DNA of 64,000 bases. Source: an uncultured Acidobacteriota bacterium (GTDB taxonomy: Bacteria > Acidobacteriota > Vicinamibacteria > Vicinamibacterales > UBA2999). Made by a program: the position numbers and the translations under genes. How positions within the stretch are numbered: the first letter of the stretch is position 1; each line of letters starts with the position of its first letter. Shown here piece after piece: positions 1 through 10,466 of this stretch. Location: assembly GCA_963772065.1 (NCBI GenBank), contig CAVYVZ010000008.1, positions 51,526 through 115,525 of the forward strand, read 5' to 3'. The notes beneath the pieces were generated by a model. The model was given only the letters and a program-made list of their open reading frames with translations, was not told the origin of the DNA and did not search any database.

Positions 1-815
1 GTCCGAATCCGTGTCATGACATCCGGGTGCGCCAGATCGCGCTGATCCGGGATGGCGCATCCTGTCACATGGAGGCCGCCGTCCCGAGAGATCAGGATGT
101 AGTCGATCCGTGCACCACGCGTCCGTGTGCCGCCGCCCGGCGGGTTGTCAGGATACGCGACAGCCGCATTGTGGCGCACCGCCTCGTCCCACGCATCCGT
201 GTAGGCCGCCAGCAGCGGCTGGATCTCGGCCGCCCTCGGCCCCGCGTTCAGGTCGGCGTTGACGATCCGCGGCGGTGCGAATTCGGCGAGGTACGGCAGG
301 AGGATCCGTACCTGATCGGCGCGGCTCGCGCGCTGAAGGCCGCTCTCGATGTGCGTCGAAAACACGTTGATCGATTCTCCGCCGACGTCGACGGCGGCGT
401 ACGCAACACTCCGCTCGCGGGTGAGCATGCGGCCGCCGGACGCGCGAATCGGATGGCGCGTCAGAATGGCGTTCCCGTCGCGGCCGCGCACCGCCGCGAC
501 GTGGTGGAGAAACCAGGGGCGGCCCGTGGCCACGCGCAATCGTGCCTGATACTCGAACGCCGCGGATTCGGTGACCTCATTCAGCGTGACGATGTCAGGT
601 GCCTGAGAGAGGATCCAGGTCACCTGGCGCGCGCGGTCGAGCACGCCATCCGTGCCGAAGCCGCCGTGCTGCACGTTCCAGTGAAGCACGCGGATGGACG
701 GCGATTCGTCGAGGCGCGCGTGCGCCACCGCGATCAGGCAGCAGGCGGCGACGGTCAGACTCCCCGATTTAGCGCACCCGGGTTCCCGGCGCGATCTCCC
801 CGTCAAACGCCACAA
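1..815 (-). CDS. endonuclease/exonuclease/phosphatase (EEP) family protein; 3' end lies outside window
   Basis: Absent from ORF track because it runs off the edge. Own minus-strand translation: LTVAACCLIAVAHA / ARLDESPSIRVLHWNVQHGGFGTDGVLDRARQVTWILSQAPDIVTLNEVTESAAFEYQAR (EEP N-terminal motifs). Start tentative: TTG 815 with GGAGGA about 10 nt upstream. Confidence 0.6.
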   Translation of the reverse strand, partial: MWRLTGRSRREPGCAKSGSLTVAACCLIAVAHARLDESPSIRVLHWNVQHGGFGTDGVLDRARQVTWILSQAPDIVTLNEVTESAAFEYQARLRVATGRPWFLHHVAAVRGRDGNAILTRHPIRASGGRMLTRERSVAYAAVDVGGESINVFSTHIESGLQRASRADQVRILLPYLAEFAPPRIVNADLNAGPRAAEIQPLLAAYTDAWDEAVRHNAAVAYPDNPPGGGTRTRGARIDYILISRDGGLHVTGCAIPDQRDLAHPDVMTRIR

Positions 816-2727
816 GCGTCGGCTTTCCTCCCTCGGGGCTGGCAGCCAGAACCATGCCGTTCGATTCGATACCCATCAGCTTGGCGGGCTTCAAGTTGAA
901 CACGATCGCGATCGTCCTGCCCACCAGTTGCTCCGGCGTGTAGGCTTCCGCGATACCCGCCACGATCGTCCGCTGGTCCGTCCCGACGTCGATCTTCAGC
1001 TTCACCAGCTTCTTCGACTTCGGCACCGCTTCGGCCTCCAGCACTTTCGCGACGCGCAACTCGACCTTCATGAAGTCGTCCATCGAGATGCGGTTGTCTT
1101 CGGCGCCGGTGGCGCCGGCACCGATGGCCTGGGTCGCTTTCGGCTCTGACAGACGCTGCTCTGACGGACTCTGCTCCGACAAATTCTGGTCGGACGGACT
1201 GCTCTCCCCCACGGTTTCCTCCGCTCGAGGCCACATCGCGGGCCCCTTGGTTATCTCTCGCACGCCCTCGTTGCGCCAGCGGCCGTCGCGCTCGAGCCGC
1301 TGCTCGCCGGCCGGTCGCGTTTCGCCGACACGGCGCAGAATCTCTTCGCACGACTTCGGCATCATCGGCAGGAGCAGCACCGCCGCCACACGGACCGCTT
1401 CGGCGACATCGAACAACACCTGATCGAGCGCTGGGCTGTTCACGGGGTCCTTCGCAAGCGTCCAGGGCGCCTGCTGCGCGATGTATTCGTTGGCAGCGTC
1501 GACCAGCTGAAACGCGGTCGTCGCGCCTTCGTGCAGCGCGAAGCCGTCCATAGCCGCACGATACCGGCCCAACACGTGGTCGGCCATCGTGGCCAGCGGT
1601 CCCCCTGCGCCCGCGGGCGCCAGGCGGCCGGCGCGGTACTTCTCGGCCATCGCTCCGAGACGGCTGACCAGGTTGCCAAGATTGTTGGCGAGATCCACGT
1701 TGTAGCGCTCGGCGTACCGCTCCCACGTGAAGTCGCCGTCGCTCCCGTACGTAATCTCCTTCACGAGATACAGGCGCAGCGGGTCGGCTCCGAACTGGGC
1801 GGCCACGTCGGCGGGATCGAGGCTCGTTCCGAGTGACTTGCTCATCCTCTGGCCCATGAAGTGGACCCATCCATGGCCGAATACCTGGCGCGGGAGCGGC
1901 AGACGGGCGCTCATCAGCATCGCGGGCCACACGACCGTGTGGAACCGCGTGATGTCCTTGCCCACGATGTGCAGGTCGGCGGGCCACTCGCTCGCGAAGC
2001 GAGTTGCGTCGCTGCCATATCCGACAGCCGCCGCGTAGTTGATCAGCGCGTCATACCAGACGTAGACGACGTTGTCGGGCGCGAACGGCAGTGGAATCCC
2101 CCACGCCTGACCCGCGCGGCTGACCGAGATGTCCTCGAGGCCGCCCTCGAGGAGCCGCAGCATCTCGTTGCGTCGAACGTCGGGCTGCAGGAACTCCGGA
2201 TGTGCGAGGAAATGATCGAGCAGCGGCTGGCGGTACTTGGACAGCCGGAAGAAATAGTTCTTCTCCTTGATCCATGTCGCCTTGAGTGTCGGGTGCACCT
2301 GGCAGAAGCCGTCCACCAGGTCCTTGTCCTGCTTGAAGGCCTCGCAGGAGACACAGTACCAGCCTTCGTAGTAGCCCTCGTAGATGTCGCCCGCGCTGTG
2401 GTTCGCCTGCACCATCGCCTGGACCGCGGCCCGGTGCCGCGGCTCGGTGGTGCGGATGAAATCGTCGAACGAGATGTCGAGCTGCTTCCAGACGCCTCGG
2501 AACTCCTCCTCCATCTGATCGCAGTAGGCCAGCGGATCCATGCCGCGCTCGACGGCGCGCTTGTAGACGTTCTGCGAGTGTTCGTCATTGCCCATGAGGA
2601 AATGCGTCTCGAACCCCGCGAGACGCTTGTAGCGGGCAATGACGTCCGCAGTGATCTTCTCGTACGCCGTGCCGAGATGCGGCCGGCTGTTCACATAGTC
2701 AATCGCAGTAGTCAGAAAGAAGCGCAT
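769..2727 (-). CDS. metG: methionine--tRNA ligase with C-terminal EMAP-type tRNA-binding domain
   Basis: 652-aa ORF. N-terminus MRFFLTTAIDYVNSRPHLGTAYE, MSKSLGT (KMSKS-like), C-terminal VAKVLEAEAVPKSKKLVKLKIDVG tRNA-binding fold. Confidence 0.95.
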   Translation of the reverse strand: MRFFLTTAIDYVNSRPHLGTAYEKITADVIARYKRLAGFETHFLMGNDEHSQNVYKRAVERGMDPLAYCDQMEEEFRGVWKQLDISFDDFIRTTEPRHRAAVQAMVQANHSAGDIYEGYYEGWYCVSCEAFKQDKDLVDGFCQVHPTLKATWIKEKNYFFRLSKYRQPLLDHFLAHPEFLQPDVRRNEMLRLLEGGLEDISVSRAGQAWGIPLPFAPDNVVYVWYDALINYAAAVGYGSDATRFASEWPADLHIVGKDITRFHTVVWPAMLMSARLPLPRQVFGHGWVHFMGQRMSKSLGTSLDPADVAAQFGADPLRLYLVKEITYGSDGDFTWERYAERYNVDLANNLGNLVSRLGAMAEKYRAGRLAPAGAGGPLATMADHVLGRYRAAMDGFALHEGATTAFQLVDAANEYIAQQAPWTLAKDPVNSPALDQVLFDVAEAVRVAAVLLLPMMPKSCEEILRRVGETRPAGEQRLERDGRWRNEGVREITKGPAMWPRAEETVGESSPSDQNLSEQSPSEQRLSEPKATQAIGAGATGAEDNRISMDDFMKVELRVAKVLEAEAVPKSKKLVKLKIDVGTDQRTIVAGIAEAYTPEQLVGRTIAIVFNLKPAKLMGIESNGMVLAASPEGGKPTLVAFDGEIAPGTRVR

Positions 2728-3924
2728 CTAGTCGCGATCCAGATAAGCCTTGAGTGCCGCCGCCTGTACATCTTTCAAGGGGACGCCATGCTCGCGCGCA
2801 AGGCGCTCGCAGTCGTCGAATTCCGGTGACGCGTTGAGCACCTGACCGCCGCGGCGAGCCACCTTCATCTGCACGGGGCCGAGGGGGGTAGCAACGGTCA
2901 CCGACTCACGCTCCAGGCACTCGCGGGCCATCTCGCGGTAGCGCACACCGATGGTCGTCGTCTCGCTGAACACGAGCGACGTCAGGAGCTCCCGGCGATC
3001 CGGGGGCGCGATGACCGTCAGCAGGGTGCCCGGCCGGTTCTTCTTCATCTGCACCGACGTGTAGAACACGTCGAGCGCGCCCTCGGCAAGCAGCCGATCC
3101 ATGAGGACGCCGAAAATCTGCGGGTTCATATCGTCGATCTCGCACTCGATGACGACAACCTCAGTGTAGAGGGCCCCTTTCGCGGCGCCAGCTCGCTCGG
3201 CCTCGCCAATCAGGACGCGCAACACGTTCGGCGTCTCTCCAAAATCGCGCGTGCCGGCGCCGTAGCCAATCTTCCTGATCGTCATCGGCGGCATCGGGCC
3301 GTACCAGCTCGCGTAGCTCGAAACTAGCAATGCCCCGGTCGGCGTCACCAGCTCCGCTTGCTGCTCCCCTGCGTACACCGGCACCCCTTCGAGGAGCCGC
3401 ATCGTGGCGGGCGCCGGCACCGGATACAGGCCGTGCGCCACCTTGACCGTTCCACTTCCCACGTTCAATGGCGACGACACGACTTCGTCGGCACCGAGCC
3501 ATTCGAGGGCGAACACTGACCCCACGATGTCGATAATCGAATCGAGCGCTCCCACCTCGTGCAGGTGCACCTTGTCCATCGTCGTTCCGTGAATCGCGGC
3601 CTCGGCCTCGCCCAGCCGCTCGAACAACACCTTTGCCCTCGCCTTTCCGGCGTCGCTCAGCGCAGATCCGTCAATCAGCTTGTAGACGCCCTTGAGGTGC
3701 CGGTGCGCATGCGCGCGCTCCCCGCCGTCCTCTCCCCGGACGCAGAACTTCGTGGCCGTCACGCCGGCGCGGACCACGCGGTCGGTCCACACCGCGTCGG
3801 GGTCGATCGCGAGGCTCCCGAGCGCGCGCCGCACCTCCTCGAGCGGCACGCCCGCATCGATGAGACTGCCGAGCACCATGTCGCCCGCGGCGCCCGAAAA
3901 GCAGTCGAAGTAGAGGACCTTCAT
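2728..3924 (-). CDS. larC: nickel-pincer cofactor biosynthesis / nickel insertion protein LarC (DUF111)
   Basis: 398 aa; MKVLYFDCFSGAAGDM N-terminus and full-length DUF111-like sequence. Stop abuts metG start. Confidence 0.8.
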   Translation of the reverse strand: MKVLYFDCFSGAAGDMVLGSLIDAGVPLEEVRRALGSLAIDPDAVWTDRVVRAGVTATKFCVRGEDGGERAHAHRHLKGVYKLIDGSALSDAGKARAKVLFERLGEAEAAIHGTTMDKVHLHEVGALDSIIDIVGSVFALEWLGADEVVSSPLNVGSGTVKVAHGLYPVPAPATMRLLEGVPVYAGEQQAELVTPTGALLVSSYASWYGPMPPMTIRKIGYGAGTRDFGETPNVLRVLIGEAERAGAAKGALYTEVVVIECEIDDMNPQIFGVLMDRLLAEGALDVFYTSVQMKKNRPGTLLTVIAPPDRRELLTSLVFSETTTIGVRYREMARECLERESVTVATPLGPVQMKVARRGGQVLNASPEFDDCERLAREHGVPLKDVQAAALKAYLDRD

Positions 3925-3940
3925 CGTAGACGCAATCCCA

Positions 3941-4618
3941 TCATCTTATCGCGAGCAACCCGGCTTCCTGCAGGCTGACGTAGCGGTGCGCCGTGAGGAT
4001 GATGTGATCGACGACGTGAATGCCCATGACCTGGCCCGCCTCGAGCATGCGTTCCGTCAGCTCGAGGTCGTCGGCGCTCGGCGTCGGATCGCCCGAGGGA
4101 TGGTTGTGAAACAGCACGATGGCGGCGGCCGACGCCACCGCGGCTTCGCGAAACACCTCGCGCGGATGCGCGACCGTTGCGTCGATGGATCCGATCGCGA
4201 TGATCTTGATGCGCAGGATGTGGAGCTTCGAGTCGAGCAGCACGAGGCCGAACTGCTCCACCGGCGACGCGCCGAACTGCGGCAGCAGGTGTCGTGCAAT
4301 CTGGCGGGGCGATGTGAGGCGCGCGCGGGCGATCGGCCCGCGCGTGAGGGTACGGCGGCCGAGTTCGACGGCGGCGAGCACCTGCGCGGCGCGGGCGCGG
4401 CCGATGCCGGATACGTGCATCAGCTCGGCGAGGTCCGTTCGCGTGAGGCCGTAGAGCCCGTCGACGTGCGTGAGCACCTGATTGGCGAGCGCGAGCGCAC
4501 CAGCATCGCGCGAGCCGCTGCCGAGAATCACGGCGAGCAGCTCGTTGTCGCCGAGCGCGCCGGGACCGAGTCGTTCCAGCTTCTCACGCGGCCTGTCGTA
4601 CGGCGCCAGGTGTTTCAT
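3941..4618 (-). CDS. radC: RadC-family JAB/MPN domain protein
   Basis: HhH GIGRARAAQ plus JAMM motif HNHPSGDPTPSADD. ATG 4618 (MKHLAPYDRPREKL) preferred over TTG 4630. Confidence 0.85.
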   Translation of the reverse strand: MKHLAPYDRPREKLERLGPGALGDNELLAVILGSGSRDAGALALANQVLTHVDGLYGLTRTDLAELMHVSGIGRARAAQVLAAVELGRRTLTRGPIARARLTSPRQIARHLLPQFGASPVEQFGLVLLDSKLHILRIKIIAIGSIDATVAHPREVFREAAVASAAAIVLFHNHPSGDPTPSADDLELTERMLEAGQVMGIHVVDHIILTAHRYVSLQEAGLLAIR

Positions 4619-4635
4619 CGGTATACTCAAGCTCT

Positions 4636-5214
4636 ATGCTTCGCTGGTTCGCACCAGCAGTCCTTGCGGCCGCGCTCGCCGCGGGCGCATGCGCGGAACC
4701 CCCGAACACGGAGATGGACCAGGCACAGGGCGCGCTCGACGCCGCCAAGGCGGCTGGCGCCGAACAGTACGCCCGCGACGAGTACCGGGCCGCCGCCGAC
4801 GCGCTCAAGCGCTCCCATGAGGCCGTGGCGCAGAGCGACTACCGTCTGGCGCTCAACCATGCTCTCGACAGCCGGGAGCGCGCGCAGAACGCCGCGCGCC
4901 AGGCGGCCGAAGGCAGGGCCCAGGCGCGCAGTGAAGCCGACCGCCTCATACTGGAAGTCACGGGACCGATCGTGCAGGCCAACGCGCGCCTCGAGACGGC
5001 CCGCCGTGCGCGTGTGCCGCGGTCCCGCCTCGCGGCGCCCGCCCAGGAAGTCGCCACGATCAGTGAAGAGGTGCAAAAGGCGCGCGCGATGCTGAACAGC
5101 GGTCAGTACATCGAAGCGCGAGACCTCCTGCAGGCGCTCAAGTTGCGCATGCAGAAGACTATGGCGGCCATCGACCAGGCGGCGAACCCGCCGTCGGCGC
5201 GGCGGCGGCGCTGA
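4636..5214 (+). CDS. lipoprotein with DUF4398-like helical repeats
   Basis: Signal peptide plus lipobox LAAGAC; Ala/Arg/Glu-rich helical repeats (EQYARDEYRAAADAL). Confidence 0.6.
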   Translation: MLRWFAPAVLAAALAAGACAEPPNTEMDQAQGALDAAKAAGAEQYARDEYRAAADALKRSHEAVAQSDYRLALNHALDSRERAQNAARQAAEGRAQARSEADRLILEVTGPIVQANARLETARRARVPRSRLAAPAQEVATISEEVQKARAMLNSGQYIEARDLLQALKLRMQKTMAAIDQAANPPSARRRR

Positions 5215-5267
5215 GCCGCCGCGCAGAAACTGCCAGGCGTCTCGTCGCCGTACGGCGCAGAATCTCT

Positions 5268-6329
5268 CTACCCTCGGCCCAGGATCGATTCGAGCTCGTC
5301 GCCGTGCGCGGCGCGCATGACGGCGTCCGTTCGCGCGAGACGCCCCTGCTGCACGAGGCGCGCGAGCGACTCCTCGAACGTGAACGAACCCGCCTTCCGC
5401 GTGATCGTGATCTCCTGGTGCAGGTGCTGCAACGCGTTCTTTCGGACGTGCTGCCGCGCGCCGTAGCTGACCATCAGCAGCTCGGCGGCCGGGACCAGCA
5501 CCGCTGACGTGGTCACTACGAGCGTCTGCGTCAGCACCGCGGCCAGCGCCATCGCGAGCTCCTGGCGGACCGCGTTCTGCCGCTCCGCCGGGAAGGCGTC
5601 GGCGATGCGCGACACCGCGGCCGCGGCGTCCGTGGCGTGCACGGTTGCGAATACCAGATGGCCGGTCTCCGCGGCGTTGAGCGCGATCCGCATCGTCTCC
5701 GGATCGCGCATCTCGCCGACCACGATGACATCCGGAGCCTGCCGCAGCGCGGATCGCAGCGCGGTTGGAAAGTCCGGCGCATCGATCCCGATCTCGACCT
5801 GCTCGACGACGCATTTGCCGTGCGGGTGCTCGTACTCAATCGGATCTTCGATCGTGACGATGTGGCGCTCGGCGCGGGCATTGATGTCGGCGACGAGCGC
5901 GGCAAGCGTCGTGGTCTTGCCGGAACCTGTCGGGCCGCACACGAGCACGAGGCCGCGCGGCAGCCCGGCCAGCATGCTGATGTCGTGCGTGAACCCGAGC
6001 GCGGCGAGCGCCGGAATCCGCACCGGCAGCGCCCGGATGGCCGCCGCGGCATGCCCGCGCTCACGATGCAGGTTGACGCGGAGACGGCCCAGGCCGTCCG
6101 GATTCATCGCGAAATCCACCGCCTCGCCGTTGCGATAGCGCGCCTCTGCCGCCGCGGGCACGTGCGGCAGCACGGAGGCTTCGATCCGCTCGGTGTCCAG
6201 CGGCGTATCCGACACGGGAACCAGCCGGCCGCCCGCCCTCACCATCGGCGGCGCCCCTGCCACGAGCAGGAGGTCGGAGCCCTCGAGCTCACGTACGTGC
6301 CGGAGCCAGGTCACGAGGTCGTCTGCCAT
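5268..6329 (-). CDS. pilT: type IV pilus twitching-motility ATPase PilT family
   Basis: Real start MADDLVTWL at 6329 (overlaps upstream TGA as TGATG). Walker A GPTGSGKTT, VGEMRD, ATVHA His box. Upstream part of the 810-aa track ORF is antisense noise. Confidence 0.9.
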   Translation of the reverse strand: MADDLVTWLRHVRELEGSDLLLVAGAPPMVRAGGRLVPVSDTPLDTERIEASVLPHVPAAAEARYRNGEAVDFAMNPDGLGRLRVNLHRERGHAAAAIRALPVRIPALAALGFTHDISMLAGLPRGLVLVCGPTGSGKTTTLAALVADINARAERHIVTIEDPIEYEHPHGKCVVEQVEIGIDAPDFPTALRSALRQAPDVIVVGEMRDPETMRIALNAAETGHLVFATVHATDAAAAVSRIADAFPAERQNAVRQELAMALAAVLTQTLVVTTSAVLVPAAELLMVSYGARQHVRKNALQHLHQEITITRKAGSFTFEESLARLVQQGRLARTDAVMRAAHGDELESILGRG

Positions 6330-7843
6330 CAGATGACGACCGGCGCGAGGAGCAGCACGAGCGAGACGATGATCACGAACGCCACCAGGTCGAGCGCGAT
6401 GCCGTACTTCATCATGGCGGTAATGGGCACGTAGCCGGAGCTGTACACGATCGCATTCGGCGCCGTGGAGATCGGCATCATGAAGCCCATGCTCGCGCCG
6501 AGCGTGGCGCCAAGCGCGGGCTCCACCGGCCGAACGCCGGCCGCCTGCGCCACGGCAATCGCGATCGGCACGATCATGTTGGCCGACGTTGTGTTCGAGG
6601 TTGCCTCCGACAGCACGATCGCGGTGGCGGTGAACAACAGCGTCAACGACATCGTGGTTTGCGACGGCAGCTGCGACGTGATGCCCTTGCCCATCGCTTC
6701 CGCCAGGCCGGTCGAGAACGCGAGCTCGCCCATCGCGAGGCCGCCGCCGTACAGGAAGATGATCCCCCAGTCGATTCTGACGGCTTCGTCCCACGTGAGC
6801 GTGAACTTGCGGGCGCGCCAATCGACCGGCAGCACGAAGAGCAGAATCGCTCCGAGCATCGCGGCAATGCCCTCTGGCAGCGACGCCGCGTAAGCTCGCG
6901 AGAACGCCGTGTCGCCGACGCCCGCGATGGCAAATATGCCGGGCGCCACCCACAAGAGCACCGTTGCGCCGAACGCGATCAAGACGTTCCGCTGTCCGCG
7001 CGTCGGCGGGCCAAGCCGCGCGAGCTCCTCCTTCACGAGCGCCGTGCTCCCCTCGCCGACCCGTACGCCGCGGACACCGCCGAAATGAAAGAGCGCGCAC
7101 AGAAACACGAAGAGGAGCACCACCGCGGGCGTGCCGATCGCCATCCACTGAAAGAAGCTGATGTCGATGCCGGCGATCCGTTCGAGCATCCCGATGCCGA
7201 TCAGGTTGGGCGGTGTCCCGACCGGCGTCGCCATGCCGCCGACCGAGGGTCCGAAGGCGGTGATCAGCATCATCGCAATCGCGAAGCTCCGCACTTTGAC
7301 GCCCGTGCGCGCGAGGTGCGCGACGATCGAGAGCCCGATCGGAAACATCATCGCCGTCGTGGCGGTGTTGCTGATCCACATGGAGAGGGTCGTCGCCACG
7401 GCGCCGTACACGAAGAGGATGCGCGGCCCGCTCGCGCCGATCGCGCGCCACGACAGGGCCGTGTACGCAATCCGGCGGTCGACGCCGTGCACGAACATCG
7501 CCTGCGCCAGAATGAAGCTCCCCATGAACAGAAAGATGATGGGATCCGCGAACGGCGCGAGGGCGGTGCGCGCCGGCGCCACCTGGAACACGACGGCGAG
7601 CGCCGGCCCGAGCAGCGCCGTCACGGTGATCGGCAGCGCTTCCGTGATCCACAGCACGAACATCGTCGCCAGGATCGCCGCCAGCCGATGCGCGTGCCAC
7701 GTCAGCGGCAGCGGCGCGGCCAGCATGACGACCAGGATCAAGGGTCCGGCGAACAACCCCGCCGTACGACGCCGGCGGTTGAACAGCTCTTCGCTGGGTG
7801 AGTAGACCTCCACGCCCGCCAGCGCCTCATGAAAGGTCCTCAC
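6329..7843 (-). CDS. DASS/SLC13-family anion:sodium symporter
   Basis: Multi-TM; duplicated SNT hairpin motifs (MWISNTATTAMMFPI, SEATSNTTSANMIVPI). GTG 7843 forms a GTGA overlap with the dapF stop; start uncertain. Confidence 0.8.
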   Translation of the reverse strand: MRTFHEALAGVEVYSPSEELFNRRRRTAGLFAGPLILVVMLAAPLPLTWHAHRLAAILATMFVLWITEALPITVTALLGPALAVVFQVAPARTALAPFADPIIFLFMGSFILAQAMFVHGVDRRIAYTALSWRAIGASGPRILFVYGAVATTLSMWISNTATTAMMFPIGLSIVAHLARTGVKVRSFAIAMMLITAFGPSVGGMATPVGTPPNLIGIGMLERIAGIDISFFQWMAIGTPAVVLLFVFLCALFHFGGVRGVRVGEGSTALVKEELARLGPPTRGQRNVLIAFGATVLLWVAPGIFAIAGVGDTAFSRAYAASLPEGIAAMLGAILLFVLPVDWRARKFTLTWDEAVRIDWGIIFLYGGGLAMGELAFSTGLAEAMGKGITSQLPSQTTMSLTLLFTATAIVLSEATSNTTSANMIVPIAIAVAQAAGVRPVEPALGATLGASMGFMMPISTAPNAIVYSSGYVPITAMMKYGIALDLVAFVIIVSLVLLLAPVVI

Positions 7844-8631
7844 GTCAGCCAGTGCCCTTCGAAAACGACCTCCGCCCATCCGGTGAGATACACACCGTCG
7901 TCGCGCCATTCGACGCGCTGCGTGCCGCCGGGCGCAATCACATCGAGCGCGCGGGCCGCACCTCCATGCGCGGCGGCGGCAACCCCGGACGCCGAGGCGC
8001 CCGTGCCCGACGCCAGCGTCGGGCCGACGCCGCGTTCCCAGATCAGGATGCGGACGCGATCGGGCGCTTCGACCTGGGCGAACTCCACGTTCGTGCCGGC
8101 GGGAAACATCGGGTGGGTTGCGAGCGCCGGGCCGAACCGTTGGAAGTCGTCGGCATCCGGCAGCGGCCCGAGGACGACGCATTGTGGGTTGCCCATCGAG
8201 AGCGCGCTCGCTGTCAGCGTTCGGCCAAGAACGGGAATCTGCACCTGCCGAACGTTTTCCGGAGGGCCGAGCGCGGCCCGGAACGTATAACGTTCCCCCT
8301 CGATCGACAGGAGCTCGAGCGTTTTGACTCCGGCATCGGTATCCGCCGTCACCACGGCGCCGAGCGGGAGGCGCTGCGCGCGTGCGACCAGGGCCGCGAG
8401 GCATCGGAGGCCGTTGCCGGAAAGCTCCGATGGACTGCCGTCGGCATTCAGCAGCTTCATCGTGGCCGTGCGTGGCCCGAGCGCGTAGAAGATCAGTCCG
8501 TCTGCTCCAACGCCGCGATGCCGATCGCACATGGCCCGCGCGAGCTCCGCGGCATCGCTGCCGACCTCATCGCGCGGAACGAACAGGAAGTCGTTGCCGA
8601 ACGCGTGCGCCTTGGCAATCGTCAGCGGCAT
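7840..8631 (-). CDS. dapF: diaminopimelate epimerase
   Basis: 263 aa; AHAFGNDF, catalytic SGNGLRC and GPTLASGTGA motifs. Confidence 0.92.
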   Translation of the reverse strand: MPLTIAKAHAFGNDFLFVPRDEVGSDAAELARAMCDRHRGVGADGLIFYALGPRTATMKLLNADGSPSELSGNGLRCLAALVARAQRLPLGAVVTADTDAGVKTLELLSIEGERYTFRAALGPPENVRQVQIPVLGRTLTASALSMGNPQCVVLGPLPDADDFQRFGPALATHPMFPAGTNVEFAQVEAPDRVRILIWERGVGPTLASGTGASASGVAAAAHGGAARALDVIAPGGTQRVEWRDDGVYLTGWAEVVFEGHWLT

Positions 8632-9467
8632 CAGGGCAGCCGGAACGCGTCGAACACGTACGTCGCGCCCACCATGAACCCGATGCCCGGGTCGCGCGAC
8701 GTCAGGCCAATCACGATGCCCGCATCGAGCCGCGTCAGGCCCTGCGTGTAGCGGCCGCCGAAGCGCAGCGCCGATCGGCTCTCCGTGCCCACGGGAGGCA
8801 CGCCGCTGGCCACATCCGCGCGGCCGTTCACCTCGCCGACAACCTCGATGGCGTTCGTCAGCGCGCGAGCGAACGACAGGCCGTACGCCAGCACGTCATT
8901 CTGCCGATCGCCGCGCGTGGGATCGCCCAGAATCCCGAGGCCCACGTTGCCGACGACGCGGATCGACTGCACCGTTTTCGCCACCAGGCCCGTCACGTAG
9001 AAATCCGTCGTGTCGAGCCCGATGCCGTTCTCGTTCGACGCGTTCGGGAGCTTCGTCGCGAACCGGACGCCGAGCGAGGGCCTGCGAGTCCCCTCCCCCA
9101 GGATGCGGACCTTGGTGGCGATGACGACATCCTCGATGTCCGACGTGCTCGTTCCATCGACATCGAGCATGTCCGACAGCGGCGCGGGCCGCCGGTCGGT
9201 GATCGACAGGTTGTTGAACAGGCCGCCATCGATCTGCAGCTCCGCGATCGAGCTCAGGCCGACGCTGATGCCGATGAGAGGCGCCCGCAGCAGGTTTCCC
9301 GTGAGGCCCGATGCGGGAAACAGCACATCGCGGTTGTAGTCGATGCCGCCCTCGAGGAGGACGCGGCCGGCGCCGATCGTTTCCGGATCTTCGGTGACGA
9401 GAGGACGCTGCTGCGCCATCGCCGGCGTCGCAGCGAGCACGAGAACACCCAGGATCGCTAGTCGCAT
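8631..9467 (-). CDS. outer-membrane beta-barrel protein
   Basis: ATG 9467 gives signal peptide MRLAILGVLVLAATPAMAQQ. Alternating beta-strand pattern, aromatic C-terminus. Stop overlaps dapF start. Confidence 0.65.
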   Translation of the reverse strand: MRLAILGVLVLAATPAMAQQRPLVTEDPETIGAGRVLLEGGIDYNRDVLFPASGLTGNLLRAPLIGISVGLSSIAELQIDGGLFNNLSITDRRPAPLSDMLDVDGTSTSDIEDVVIATKVRILGEGTRRPSLGVRFATKLPNASNENGIGLDTTDFYVTGLVAKTVQSIRVVGNVGLGILGDPTRGDRQNDVLAYGLSFARALTNAIEVVGEVNGRADVASGVPPVGTESRSALRFGGRYTQGLTRLDAGIVIGLTSRDPGIGFMVGATYVFDAFRLP

Positions 9468-10012
9468 ATGTTCGTTGGACCGTACCTTACGTATGCCAGC
9501 GCGAGCGCGTCGTACACCGCGTGCGCCACGATCGGCGCCAGCAGGCCGCCAGTCTCCACCATCAGCCATCCAAACAACGCACCGATGCACGCGGCCCAGC
9601 ATCCGTAGCCGATGAAGCCGCGGCCACCGACGTGCACGGCGCCAAAGATCGCACTCGCCGCCGGCAGCCCCACGAGCGGCTGAAGCACGCCCCGGAACAG
9701 GAGCTCTTCAGCCGCGCCGGCGAGCACGCTCACCGTGACGATCTGCGTCCCGTTCACGTGCTCGAACAGCGGCCGCACGATGACACGGCACACGTGCCGG
9801 AGCGAGTCGCCGGGCCAGCGGTTTCCGCGGGCGCGCAGCAGCGTCAGGTTCATCGCCGCCAGCGCCACGGCGGCCCCGACCCCCCAGAGCACTCCCGCCA
9901 CGGGATTGCCCAACGTCAGCGGCAGCTGGACGTACCAGGCGCTCGCGTACACGATGACGAGCAGAATCCCTTCGCCCAGCACGACGATTGGCAGGATGCG
10001 GCGAGGGTCCAC
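9458..10012 (-). CDS. CPBP-family intramembrane glutamic endopeptidase
   Basis: EELLFRG, FGAVH and HAVYD motifs in a multi-TM protein. Confidence 0.8.
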   Translation of the reverse strand: MDPRRILPIVVLGEGILLVIVYASAWYVQLPLTLGNPVAGVLWGVGAAVALAAMNLTLLRARGNRWPGDSLRHVCRVIVRPLFEHVNGTQIVTVSVLAGAAEELLFRGVLQPLVGLPAASAIFGAVHVGGRGFIGYGCWAACIGALFGWLMVETGGLLAPIVAHAVYDALALAYVRYGPTNICD

Positions 10013-10013
10013 G

Positions 10014-10466
10014 TCAGAACGTTTTCTTGCTGTCCAGGAGGAGCGTGACGGGACCGTCGTTCACCAGCTCGACCCGCATCATGGCCTGGAACTCGCCGGT
10101 CGCCACCGGCACCGAAGCCGCGCGCAATTCTCTCACGAGATCTTCGTAGAGCGCGCGCGCCCGATCGGGAGCTGCGGCCTCGATGAACGAAGGCCGGCGC
10201 TGGCCCCGGGCGTCGCCGAAGAGCGTGAACTGCGAGACGACCAGCACCGACCCGCCGACATCGGCGACGGATCGATCGATGTCCTTTCCTTCGGCCCCCT
10301 GGAAGAGCCGAAGCGTCGCGATTTTTCCGGCGAGATACGTCGCGTCCTCCTGTCTATCGTCCTTACCGACGCCGACAAGCACCAGAAGGCCGTGGCCGAT
10401 CTCGCCAACCACGCGATCGTCCACGCGAACGCGTGCTTCCGTTACGCGCTGCACCACCGCGCGCAC
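10014..10466 (-). CDS. dtd: D-aminoacyl-tRNA deacylase
   Basis: GTG 10466 (TAGTG overlap with ttcA stop) gives VRAVVQRV...SQFTLFGD...NDGPVT, full-length Dtd. Longer track ORF N-terminus is Arg/Pro junk. Confidence 0.9.
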   Translation of the reverse strand: MRAVVQRVTEARVRVDDRVVGEIGHGLLVLVGVGKDDRQEDATYLAGKIATLRLFQGAEGKDIDRSVADVGGSVLVVSQFTLFGDARGQRRPSFIEAAAPDRARALYEDLVRELRAASVPVATGEFQAMMRVELVNDGPVTLLLDSKKTF